From positions 62,868,001 to 62,932,000 of the forward strand of contig CM075982.1 of NCBI GenBank assembly GCA_038087875.1: a stretch of 64,000 bases of DNA. Direction: 5' to 3'. This DNA comes from Malacoraja senta. Lineage: Eukaryota. Below, piece by piece: positions 49,807-61,210 of the stretch. The notes under the pieces were generated by a model. The model saw nothing but the letters and a program-made list of their open reading frames with translations. It was not told the DNA's origin and searched no databases. The translations under genes were made by a program, and so were the position numbers. How positions within the stretch are numbered: position 1 is the first letter of the stretch; each line of letters opens with the position of its first letter.

Positions 49807-52800
49807 GATTATCGTACAAAACCATTTTGCTGCAGCGCTTGCCCTTTTGCATCCAAATTTTTTTCTGCCTACAAAAGCCACTTCCGAAATGTTCATAGTG
49901 AAGATTTTGAAAACAAAATCCTCATTAATTGCCCTTATTGTCCATACAATGCTGACAGAAAGACCCTGGAGACCCATATCAAAATATTTCATGTTCCTCT
50001 CTGGAAAGTACCTAGTGGAGGCAAGAATGCACACCATGAAAAGTCAAAGCAGGATAGCAGTCTTAAACTGAAGCATGGTGACAGTGTGGAACAAGCAGTC
50101 TATTACTGCAAGAAGTGTACTTACCGTGATCCCCTTTATGATGTTGTCAGAAAGCATATTTACAGGGAACATTTTCAGCATGTGGCAGCCCCTTATGTGG
50201 CAAGAACAGCAGACAAGTCAGTGAATGGAACATTTTCTGCCACTAATGGAAGAGAGGATGGGACTGTGCATTGTAAACGTTGTCTCTTCATACCCAAAAC
50301 TTACGAAGCCTTGGTGCAGCATGTTATTGAAGACCATGAACGAATAGGATACCAAGTAACAGCTATGATAGGGCATACTAATGTGGTTGTTCCAAGATCA
50401 AAACCCTTGATGCTGATAGCACCAAAGCCACATGACAAGGCTTTAGCTGCTGGAAATTATCAGGGTGGGAAAGGTTCAATGCAGCAGAATATGAATCGTG
50501 CATCCATGTCAAAAAATACACAGAATTCGGCTGTCAATCTTATGTCGGGTGGTGGTCGTCTGCCACCAAAGTATGCTGTTTCATCGATGGCACATAACTA
50601 TTCTTTGGGTCAACAAATGAGGCTCCCACTGCCAGGTGGTTTACCAGTTTCTATGCAGCAGCGACCACAAACAGTAAAACAGTTGATCTCTGGTGGCAAT
50701 GGGCGACAATATGGAGTTGGTGCCGGTGAACAGAGGAGAGCATCGCAGATGCAATATAATGTTCAGTCAGGAAGCATGACTGGTAACAGTGGATCAAGTC
50801 AATTATCAATGAAACAGTCACAGTTCAATATTTCTCAAGCTCAGAGGATGCAAGGATTATCTGCTTCAGCAGTAAAGTCATTAACTTCCCCAACAGGCCT
50901 AACTAATTCTGCTAACCAGAGCCCTGCGTTAGCAGGGTCTGCTGCTCAGAAGTGGAAGATTTGCACAATGTGTAATGAGCTTTTTCCAGAAAGTGTGTAC
51001 AGCATACACTTTGAAAAGGAGCATAAAGCTGAAAAGATCCAGGCTGTAGCTAATTACATTCAGAAGATCAACAGTTTCACAAGCAAATGTCTCTACTGTA
51101 ATCGCTATTTACCCAGTGAAACACTGCTTAACCATATGCTTATCCATGGACTCTCGTGTCCCTACTGTCGTTCCACTTTCAATGATGTTGAAAAGATGGC
51201 TGAACATGTAAGAATCCTTCATATTGATGAAGAAGTGGGACCCAAGACTGAATCAACGTTAACTTTTGATCTGTCTACACAGAAAGGTAGTCGCAGTAAT
51301 ATACAGCTCCATGTTACTACATACAGTACATCTGAGAGTACCTCGGTGGAGAATACAAATTATCGGCCCCAGAATCAGAACTTGGGTTTTAGAAAGCCAG
51401 AAGGGCAGTTGCAGCAGCCAAAACCACAGGTCAAATCTAAAATAAAGCCAGATTTGAATTCTATACCTCAAACCCAGATACCCTATAAAAATGATGTGGG
51501 CAAAACCCTTTGTCCGTTGTGCTTTTCTATTTTGAAGGGCCCAATATCTGATGCTTTGGCGCACCATCTGAGGGAACGGCATCAGGTGATACAAACAATT
51601 CATCCGGTGGAGAAAAAGCTTACCTATAAGTGCATTCACTGTTTGGGAGTCTACACGAGTAACATGACAGCTTCAACCATAACATTGCATCTGGTGCACT
51701 GTAGAGGTGTTGGAAAAACACAAAATGGTCAGGATCGGAGCCTTACTCATGCCAAGGTAACACACTCGCCAAGTGTAATGCCCATGAAGCGAGAATATGA
51801 GTATGCATATGGGGACTTTGCTTTAATGAAAAAAAGGAAATTGGATGGTGAAGAACCTGTTCAGGGTTTAACCCCGGGAGACGATAAACCAGAGGAGCCA
51901 GTAGCTTTAGCTATTGATCCCAAGGGCTATGAGGATGAGTCCTATGAGGCCAGAAAAATGTTCCTTACAAACTATTTTAACAAACAACCTTACCCAAGCA
52001 GAAGGGAAATTGAAAAGTTGGCAGCTGGCTTATGGTTGTGGAAATCTGATATTGCCTCCCACTTTAGCAATAAGAGGAAGAAATGTGTTCGAGATTGCGA
52101 GAAGTACAGGCCTAAAGTATTGCTTGGATTTAACATGATGGAGACGCGAAAAGTAAAGCACAATATGGACTTTGGGCCGACTTGGAATATACTAAATAAC
52201 AAAGAAATAGTTGGCAAAGAATCTGTTACTTTAAAACCAAGCATAGAAAAAGTAAATCAGAAACTGGGAAAAGGGAGAAGAGATTTGATTCGGGGACCAG
52301 AAAAATTGGAGGGAACTGTTTTAGATTTGAGCTCCCAAATGGAGGAAAATTCAAATCCAAACTTGGGAAAGATGAAAGGAAGAACTGTGAACCTGTGTTC
52401 AGAAAACGTGGAGGGAAGTGCTTTAGACTTGAGCACTCAGGTGGAAGAAAGACCTTCAAATGCCGGCTCTGCAATGGAGGAGGGAACACCATTGGATTTG
52501 AGTGCTCAGGTGGTGGAGGAAAGTCCTTCAATCAAGAGCACTGAGATGGTGGAGGAAAGTCCTTCAAATATGAGTTCTGAGATGGCAACAGAGAGCCCAT
52601 CAAATGTAAGTTCTGATATGGTGGAGGGAAGTGCTTTAGATTTGAGTTCCCAGATGGTGGAAAAAAGCCCTTCAAGCATGAGTGCTGAGATGGTGGAGGA
52701 AAGCCCATCTAACATGAGCGCTGAGATGGTGGAAGCAAGTCCTATAAATACGAGTCCTGATAATATGGAGGAAAATGCAACAAATGCTTTTGTTGGTGAA

Positions 52801-53496
52801 GATTTGTCATCAAGTGAAATGAGTGGTTTGCAGAGCAGGGAAGAAACTTCTGAAATGGTTCCTGAAGAATTAAACAAGGAATTGCAAAAACCTGCATTTA
52901 CGGCAACTGCATCATTAGAGTTGAAGGATGATGTGTCAAATATGGACGAGGAGCAGTATCCTGCGCCATCTTTAGAATCAAAAGATAAAGACTCAGAAAG
53001 TGAAGATTCAGAACAACTTTCTGAATGCAAAGATGTTGCTTCACCAACTGAGGATGGACTAGCATCGCCACATGCTTCTGATCAGGAAGATGTTTCATCT
53101 GAACTTAAGCAAGAATTTTGGATCAAACGACCTTGGACAGATGATGTATCCCAAAGTGAAGAGGAGGAGGAGCCCACTCGGACCTCGAAAACAAAAGCTG
53201 TATTGGAAAATGATGAACAAAATTGGGGAGCGGGGCCAGGTGAGTGGAGTGGAGCACCATTCCAAAATGAAGGAGAAAAGTGGTCCAAAGAACAGCCTGA
53301 ATGGAAGAATGTTTCACCAGAAAATGAGGAGAGTTTGTCCAATCCATTGTTGGATTGGCAAGGTAACACGGCAGATAGTGAAGGTGAGGAGCTGGATCAA
53401 CTCCTTGATCAGTCAAACGATGGCCTCTCCGATAATGTAGCAGAACCTGTTTGCAGCTCTTCATCGGGTGTTGGGCTAAGTAGTCAACCTGCATAA
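49807..53496 (+). CDS. ADNP: ADNP large terminal coding exon (zinc fingers, NLS, homeodomain, PxVxL, acidic tail); total protein 1296 aa
   Basis: tttcag|[30 protein letters not shown]..., in frame with ORF 50086-53496 (whose GTG start is not real). Multiple C2H2/C2HC fingers, KKRK, homeodomain [40 protein letters not shown]1-binding PKVLL (52111-52125). Ends GVGLSSQPA* (human GVKLSSQQA). Confidence 0.97.
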   Translation, partial: DYRTKPFCCSACPFASKFFSAYKSHFRNVHSEDFENKILINCPYCPYNADRKTLETHIKIFHVPLWKVPSGGKNAHHEKSKQDSSLKLKHGDSVEQAVYYCKKCTYRDPLYDVVRKHIYREHFQHVAAPYVARTADKSVNGTFSATNGREDGTVHCKRCLFIPKTYEALVQHVIEDHERIGYQVTAMIGHTNVVVPRSKPLMLIAPKPHDKALAAGNYQGGKGSMQQNMNRASMSKNTQNSAVNLMSGGGRLPPKYAVSSMAHNYSLGQQMRLPLPGGLPVSMQQRPQTVKQLISGGNGRQYGVGAGEQRRASQMQYNVQSGSMTGNSGSSQLSMKQSQFNISQAQRMQGLSASAVKSLTSPTGLTNSANQSPALAGSAAQKWKICTMCNELFPESVYSIHFEKEHKAEKIQAVANYIQKINSFTSKCLYCNRYLPSETLLNHMLIHGLSCPYCRSTFNDVEKMAEHVRILHIDEEVGPKTESTLTFDLSTQKGSRSNIQLHVTTYSTSESTSVENTNYRPQNQNLGFRKPEGQLQQPKPQVKSKIKPDLNSIPQTQIPYKNDVGKTLCPLCFSILKGPISDALAHHLRERHQVIQTIHPVEKKLTYKCIHCLGVYTSNMTASTITLHLVHCRGVGKTQNGQDRSLTHAKVTHSPSVMPMKREYEYAYGDFALMKKRKLDGEEPVQGLTPGDDKPEEPVALAIDPKGYEDESYEARKMFLTNYFNKQPYPSRREIEKLAAGLWLWKSDIASHFSNKRKKCVRDCEKYRPKVLLGFNMMETRKVKHNMDFGPTWNILNNKEIVGKESVTLKPSIEKVNQKLGKGRRDLIRGPEKLEGTVLDLSSQMEENSNPNLGKMKGRTVNLCSENVEGSALDLSTQVEERPSNAGSAMEEGTPLDLSAQVVEESPSIKSTEMVEESPSNMSSEMATESPSNVSSDMVEGSALDLSSQMVEKSPSSMSAEMVEESPSNMSAEMVEASPINTSPDNMEENATNAFVGEDLSSSEMSGLQSREETSEMVPEELNKELQKPAFTATASLELKDDVSNMDEEQYPAPSLESKDKDSESEDSEQLSECKDVASPTEDGLASPHASDQEDVSSELKQEFWIKRPWTDDVSQSEEEEEPTRTSKTKAVLENDEQNWGAGPGEWSGAPFQNEGEKWSKEQPEWKNVSPENEESLSNPLLDWQGNTADSEGEELDQLLDQSNDGLSDNVAEPVCSSSSGVGLSSQPA
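52306..52776 (+). repeat. Coding minisatellite in ADNP, ~13 units of 33-36 bp (11-12 aa)
   Basis: Units such as [12 protein letters not shown] / [12 protein letters not shown] / [12 protein letters not shown]; DNA consensus ATGGTGGAGGAAAGYCCWTCAAAYATGAGTKCTGAG. Confidence 0.9.
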
Positions 53497-54475
53497 AGTT
53501 TGACTTGTTTTGGAGTCTCTTGCTGTGAAATGTGTGCAGTATCTTAAAATGAAAGAAGCCTGTGTATAAAATTTGAAGGACAATTCAAAGGTACAGAATT
53601 ACAGATGGGGTTGGGGGGGGGGGGCAGTAAAATGTAACTAGTTTTGTTGCAATTTGCCCTCGGAATGCTTTACAGTTGTACAAAAGTGGCATTGTAATTT
53701 ACTTTCTAAATGTTTTCTCATTTACCTATGGTAGTGAAAGGCCAACATGTACTTACTGGTTAACAGTGTAATGTACTATAGATTTCAATAAGACCTTTAA
53801 GTTTGTTATATTCATTTACTCAGTCTGCGTAGCTGGAATGTATATTTCTACAGTTTTAGAGCCATTCTAAGTGAAGCTTATCGTATAGGTCTTGTGTACT
53901 TGTTCTAGATTTACTGTATGATTCACCTTTTTTTAGTGATGCCCCTGCTGTTAAATAAACGCAGCATTTAGTTCACTTGATAACTGCTTGAAGGAGGTTG
54001 TGCTGTAGTGTCTGTCAACATTATTATAAAACTAGTTTTTATTGCACATATCCTTATACAACTTTGGTAGCATTTGGCCAGTAGCTTACTGAACATAATA
54101 ACTGGCCTTGCTGTAATATGGCAAATTGCTGTTTAATGTATCCTTTGCTCCAATATTGATGGTTACTGGCATTTCAAATGTTAATGCATTTTTAAAATCT
54201 CCCTTCAAACTAAATTACTTACAGAACTAGGAATGAAATTCATAATATGCTGATTTCACTAATTTGTGTTTTGGATCAGCGCACATGGTGAATTGGGTAA
54301 AACATGGCAAATATTTAGAAATGCCTGGTTTTGCCTATTTCAAGGTTATATGTTAGGGATAAACACCTTTATGGTGTTTGTATACATTGTATCATCTATG
54401 TAATAGTGTCTGTGTAGTAAATTTCATTTTTGTGATCTTTATTTTCCTTTGTACTTTTCATTTACACTTCTGGAA

Positions 54476-54562
54476 AATAAAATGCTTTATCGTACTTTAT
54501 TGTGTATGATATTTACATGCATTTTACATTATGTACTTGAAATAGTGGACAGTTTTAATAAA
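54476..54562 (+). terminator. Candidate ADNP polyadenylation signals
   Basis: AATAAA at about 54476 and 54557, roughly 1 kb after the stop in a TE-free AU-rich 3'UTR; usage not verifiable. Confidence 0.35.
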
Positions 54563-57500
54563 ATGCAGTCCCCTATATCAGTTTCATAAAGACCCATTAA
54601 TTAAGTTTAGCAGTATTTCTTAACTTAGTAAACCTCAAATACCGGCTGTTTTGTAAGTTCTCGATAGTAAATTGGATATGTTACAGTTCATAAATCATTT
54701 TGAAGCAACAAAATGACTGCTTACTTTTGATTTTGGTGGGGGATGCATCTTAAATTACTGTTGCATTCCTAGTTTCATTAATTTAATGTGTATACATTCA
54801 GTGCACATGCTGTGAGCTGTAATTGCTTATAATGTTGTTGCTTCATGACTAATTAGTTGTAATAATTCAGTAATCCAGTGGCTGTGTAACTTTGTGTAAA
54901 GTTGGATACCATGCAGTCTAGCATGGATAAATGTTAATACATTAATTTGTACTTCAATTTTGAAGATAGACTTTAATTCAAGTCTGAGTGGATGTCTTCC
55001 ACTTTTTTCAAGATCTATTAAGATTGTTGATCGGCATTTGATTTCATGTTATTGAGATTGTAAAAGCAATTCAATTTCAGATAATCCATTCAATTTAACA
55101 GATGCTTACTTCTGTATAAAACATGCTTGTTTATGATCTGCAAGTTTTTGCAAGGGACGCATTTAAGAATCCTGACAAATTCAGAATTTAATATACAAAG
55201 AAATATTTAGGCAGTGAATTTCAATTACCCAATTGCAACATTAGATGCTATAGTTACCAGATCATTAGTCAAAGTTTGAGATTTACATTTGGGTGGGGGT
55301 GGAAGTGTAGTTTGCATCATATGGATAGGCTGTTGGGGCCTACTTTTCAAAGTTCATTATAGTAGTAACTGCTAGTACAGGGGTTTATCTATCTGAATAT
55401 TTTTAATAAGAAATTTTAATTAACTTAATATCTTGTGATTTTAATAATGGAGTATAATTTACTCTATTTAGTGTACATTTTAAATTCTAAATCTGCTTAC
55501 AGTTCATATGGATTAAGAATACACTTGTAAATTGTCCTGATTCTTTCACACATGGTGTCATTTATTTTAAGTGCTTTATTCATTAAGGTATTTATTATTA
55601 TATAATATAGTGTCATGGTTGTATAAGACTGGTGTATTTTGTGTTCCTCTTGTATATTTTGCTGAATACATCTGTAAATTTCACTTTCTAATTGTGAGCA
55701 ATGCTGCTTGGAATGTTCCACCTTTAATGTTGACTGCTTTTCGGGTTAGAATTTGTATGATTCTTAAATAGTATCAAACTCAAGTACCATTGCTAACACT
55801 TTGCCCTCTGACTCAGTTCTAGATTAACATTTACTTTATAGCATCAAGGAATGGGTTCAGTTGCAAAAAGCCAGTGCAGACATACGGGATTGCACACAAT
55901 ATGTATGTGAGGAACCAATGCATCTGAAATAAGTTAGTACGCTAAGTATTAGCGTAGTATGCAGCATGCCGACATAACTTAGTGGATAATTTTGACATTA
56001 TTCCAGAAGTCATAGAACTGGCTGGAGCTGCAGTGAGAGTCTAAGAAAATAACTACATTATGGTTTGGTGACATATTCCAAATCCTTTTGCTCGAAGAGT
56101 CACAAAGAACTGAAATAAGAAATTGAATATAAAGTTTCATAAGGTAACACGGTTACATCGATTGGTCTGTATAGAATCATTCTGAAATGAGTTTGTTAGC
56201 TGTAACAGGAAACTACAATTTATATACCAGGATCAATTAAACATAAGTTTAAGAGCTGCCTTGAAAGCTTGAAGCTCCTTGGGTCTTTTGTGTGAGTTTA
56301 ATCAATTTTAGACTGTACTGAATAAATCAAAGCACACTGGGCAAAAACTTCTGCTTATTTGAGACACTGTCACCAAATATACAAGAGCACTGTGAAATTA
56401 AGGTGAAAATACCTAACTTTAATTAGGTAAATGGCTATGAATAAATGTATTGAATAAGCTTCCAAGCGGATTAATTGAAGTTTCTCAAGTATTTGGAGGG
56501 AAATATGTGACTTAATGTATTTGAACTGGCTGAACATTTAAGGAGTTCAAATGCACATTTGTAAAAATCCTGTTCTTTAGCGAAGCATTAAACTGAAACT
56601 GCGGTGTTGCAGCGGAAGAGACAAACTCTGTCAATAGACTATAGGTGCAGGAGTAGGCCATTCGGCCCTTCGAGCCAGTACCGTCATTCAATGTGATCAT
56701 GGCTGGTCCTATCAATGCATCTTCAATATTCTTCAATCAAAAACTTGCCACTAAGCCAAAAACTGATTAACTTAAACTAGTCATTCTCCTGCTGTACATA
56801 ATAATTAGAGGTGCGCAGGTGATCTGATCCCTGCTTTGTATCCACTTTTCCTGTCTGGTGCTCCATTGCCTCTTCTCAAAGTTTGAAAGTTTACTAAGGC
56901 TTTACGGCTCTAAAGAAATGATGAATTTCAAAGATTCTCTGCTTTAAGTGAATGTATTTCTCTTCCACTCTATCTCATACTGGAGCAATGATCCTGAGTG
57001 CTGATTTCTTATAACAGAAAAGAGTCCTGTGGTGCCTACTTGTCAGAACCCTCAGGAGCTTGTATCAACCCTCAGGAGTAGATCATCACTCGTGCTGTTA
57101 AATTCTAGAACATGGGCCTGATCTACTTAATATTTCACATATAGATGCTCCCTTCATATCTGTAATATGTCAAATGCCAGTTTCATCTGTTCAGACAAAA
57201 TGTCAACATCAGAGTTGAAGAATTATCTATTTTTGCTAGAATTGAAAATGTTCCAGATTTTAAAATGAACAGTGGCATCTCTCAGTGTATGTCAGTTTGT
57301 AGGCCTTTCCATCCTTAAATACTAGTTCTAAATGCCAGTGGTTCCAAAGTACTTTCTGCATCTAATCCAGCTGTTCTTGCATCACATTTTGTTTACTTGT
57401 GCAGATATATGCTCCTGAGAAGGTTAAATAGAAGTACATAGAATGAGTGTTTTGGGTTGACTAATGTAGGAGGAGCAGAGGTAGTGATTTAAAAACACCA

Positions 57501-59121
57501 ATACCTTAGAGGCAATATCAGCAGCCAACCCCAAATTCAAAGGTCAAAGCTATTGTGGGTGAGGCCGAGATAGCCTGATGATAAATCCATTAGATTCTCT
57601 GAAGAACACTTACAATTATTGTATGGAATTGTTTGACTCTAATTATCTACCAATCAGGAAGAGGACACATGAGCTGTTATAATTTAAGATTCTCTGGCAC
57701 TTGATTCCAACAACAACTGTGATGCAAGAAATGTCAATGGTTTTGGGGTTGTGTCATGTGATTGGAATAAGGGCAATAGTGAGAATGGCCAAGTTTGGAT
57801 AAAGTTTACAATTGCATCCTTGATGTCCTCTTTCTTTCTCGTGGTTTCCTATCCCTGATTCTTGAGTGCAAAGATGGACCAATTCAGTGCACGTTTTAGC
57901 TAGATAGTTGGATCTGGCTGGACTGTGTTAGGCACCAGGCCTGATTCCATCTGGATTGTTATGAAAGCAGAGATCTATGGGTATCAGAGAAAAATATGAG
58001 TTAGGTCCCTAAGTGCTCATTTGCCTTCAACAAGGCATGTAATTAATGAGACTGATGTTTAAATGTATTGGTTCCCTTTTCTATTACCATCTTGTCTACT
58101 GAGTAACTGCTAACATTTTAATTCCTAATGTCTTGTATACTGGTTATGAGTGGTCCTAATCCCAAGCTCCCGAGGGGTCTGTTAAGTAGATCCATAACAT
58201 TTTTTTTCCTGTTATGAGAAATCAACACTCGGGATCATAGCCCCAATGTGAAGTAGCATAGAAGAGAAATACATTCTCTTAAAGCATAATCTTTGAAATT
58301 CATAATCTCTTTAGTAGATTCATACTTCAAGCCAGTTGCCTATAATCCCTATTTTTATCTCATGAACTGATCTTATGCTTGACGCATACCTGATTAATTT
58401 TACAAAATCACAATTATTTACTTATTACTGCCCTTTAGTATTGTTTCTCGCTATCATAAACCAATTACCTTTCAAGAATGTTCCTTCAAACCACCTGCTT
58501 CCACACTCCCTTTCCTCTAATTCATGAAATCTATTTGCATTAAACATGCAGTTACATTAAATACATATTTCCGCTTCTGACCTATGTTCACTGTTGAATA
58601 TCCAATTGTACATGCATAAATCTGGCAAAGGATGCCTTTTCAAATCCCAGACTATTTAGATTACGTAAATAAATCTTTGATTCATTTCTCAGTGTAATTG
58701 TGTTGTACTTAAGTGCAGATCTACCTCTCCCTCTCCCCCCCCCCCTTAATTCTATAATATCAATGTTAATGGACATGCATATTTTAGTTAATTATTTGTC
58801 AGACAAAGGTACAATAATCATCCCCAACAAAAGCTCATTTTCTTTGGTATCAATTTTCAGCACTTAGTCTAACCAGGTTGTTTGCAATTTGAAGCAAGTT
58901 ACTAGCTTATGTGAAACAATTTCTTTAAAACTACCGTTAGCCATTCTGCTGTTTAACCTCTCATTGTAACTTATGTTTATGTTTTATTTTATTAATGCTA
59001 TATTGTCAGGCCCCTCCCACCTATTTCATTTTTCAAAATGTTTGGGTTTTATCCTATTCTTTATCAATAAACTTGCATTCTTGATGATTAGCTCTCACCT
59101 CAAATTAAAAAAAACAAGATA

Positions 59122-60706
59122 CAATACCATCCATAATGTTTGGGACAAAGACCTATCATTTATTTATTTGCCTATGTACTCCACAATTTGAGATTTGTAA
59201 TAGCAAAAATCATGTGGGTAAAGTGCACATTGTCAGATTTTATTAATTGTCATTTTTACAGATTTTGGTTTCACCATGTAGAAAGTGCAGCTGTGTTTAT
59301 ACATAGTTCCCCCCCATTTCAGGGCACCATAATGTTTGGGACACATGGCTTCGCAGGCATTTGTAATTGCCTCCTTAATGCAAGTATAAGAGAGCTCTCA
59401 GCGCCTAGTCTTTCCTCCAGACTTTCCATCACATTTGGAAACTTTTATTGCTGTTTATCAACATGAGGACCAATGTTGTGCCAATGAAAGTCAAAGAAGC
59501 CATTATGAGACTGAGAAACAAGAATAAAACTTAGATACATCAACCAAACCTTAGGCTTACCAAAATCAACTGTTTGGAATATCATTATGAAAAAAGAGAA
59601 CACTGGTGTGCTTACTAATTGCAAAGGGACTGGCGGGTCAAGGAAGACCTCCACAGCTGATGACAGAAGAATTCTCTATAATAAAGAAAAATCCTCAAAC
59701 ACCTATCCGACAGATCAGAAACACTCTTCAGGAGTCAGGTGTGGATTTGTCGATGACCACTGTCTGCAGAAAACTTCATGAACAGAAATAGGGAGGTTAG
59801 CCACAAAAATAGGATGGCCAGGTTACAGTTTGCCAAGAAGTACTTAAAAGAGCAACCACATTTCTGGATACAGGTCTTGTGGACAGAAGAGATGGAAGAT
59901 TAGCTTATATCAGAGTGATGGTAAGAGCAAAGTATGGAGGAAAGAACAAGATCCAAAACATTCATAGAACAAGATCCAAAACATTCATCCTCATCTGTGA
60001 AACACGGTGGGGGTGCTGTGGCCTGGGCATGTATGGCTGCTGAAGGTATTGGCACACTTATCTTCATTGTAGTAGCATAATGAATTCTGAAGTGTGGACA
60101 CACCCTATCTGCTCAAGTTCAAACAAATGCCTCAACACATTTGCCGGGGGTTCATTCTACAGCAAGGCAATGATCCCAAATATACTGCAAAAGCAGCAAA
60201 GGAGTTTTTCAACGCTAAAAAATGGTCAAATTCTTGAGTGGCCAAGTCAATCACCCGATCTGAGCCCATGCCTTTTATATGCTGAAGAGAAAACTTGAAG
60301 AGGACTAGCCCCCAAAACAAGCATAAGTTAAAGATGGCTGCAATAAAGACCTGTCAGAGATTCACCAGAGAAGACATCCAGCAACTGGTGATGTGCATGA
60401 ATCACAGACTTCAAGCAGTCATTGCATGCAAAGGATATGCAACAAAATACTAAACATGACCACTTTCATTTACATGACTGCTGTGTCCCAAACCTTATAG
60501 TGCTCTGAAATGGGGGGGGACTATGTATAAACACTGCTGTAACTTCTATATGGTGAAACCAAAATGTATAAAATGGCCTTTATTAAAATCTGACCATGTG
60601 CACTTTAACCACATGTGATTCTTTCTATTACAAATCTCAAATTGTGGAGTACTGAGGCAAATAAATAAATGATGGGTCTTTGTCCCATACATTATGGAGG
60701 GCATTG
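59122..60706 (+). mobile_element. Full-length decayed Tc1 transposon (IR/DR type), TA TSD
   Basis: TA|CAATACCATCCATAATGTTTGGGACAAAGACC ... GGTCTTTGTCCCATACATTATGGAGGGCATTG|TA. ~220-bp TIRs with inner DR CATAATGTTTGGGACAC. Length 1585 bp. Confidence 0.93.
59463..60453 (+). pseudogene. Tc1 transposase pseudogene
   Basis: Fragments MRTNVVPMKVKEAI, GRSRKTS, VLWTEE, VKHGGG, NDPKY, LEWPSQSPDLSP, KGYATKY*. Multiple frameshifts and a 23-bp tandem duplication at 59943-59988. Confidence 0.88.
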
Positions 60707-60849
60707 TATATTAGTGTAACATACTTAAATCTGGAAACGTCACTTGCCTGAGAAACAATATGTTCCAAACACTTTTGTTCTCCAGATCTGAGGTTTTGTT
60801 TCAACTATTCAATTCACTTCAAATATTTACCTCTTAAAAAAGATTAAAA

Positions 60850-61210
60850 TAAAGTACTGGAGTGACTCGCCAGCTCGGGTAACGTTTTTGAAGAACATGA
60901 ATAGGTGATGTTTCGGGTCAGGATCCTCCTTCGGGCTGTTGGGGTAAAAGAGGGTAAAAGCTGGAAGAGACATGGGAGCAGGACACCTTGCAAGTAATAG
61001 GTGGATATGGGGGGGGGAGGGTGTTGATTGGCAGATAGTTGGACAAAGGCTAGAGATTAAAAAGATAAAAGGTGAGAAAATTATCAAAGAGGTGTGAATT
61101 GTGAAGGAAACGGGAAGAAGGCCCAAATCCAGGTGAGGCCAAGGATGGAGGGGGGGGGGGATGCACCTAAACTTGGAGAATTCAATGTTCATACCATTAG
61201 GTTATAAGCT
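60850..61210 (-). mobile_element. Degenerate Penelope-like element end
   Basis: GTACTGGAGTGACTC...GATGTTTCGGGTCAGGATCCTCCTTCGG (reverse decayed hammerhead core), purine-rich tract, GAGAATTCAATGTTCATACC. Confidence 0.5.

Noticed and set aside
50086-50088. ORF-track start of the 1136-aa protein
   Set aside because: It is an internal GTG (Val). The exon begins at 49807 and the true ATG is at 47690.
52506-53494. Antisense ORFs overlapping ADNP
   Set aside because: Shadow frames of a repetitive Glu/Ser-rich coding strand.
55938-55956. Small hairpin TACGCTAA-GTA-TTAGCGTA and short tandem duplications (~23708-23733, ~49309-49348)
   Set aside because: Too short to exceed chance or ordinary replication slippage.
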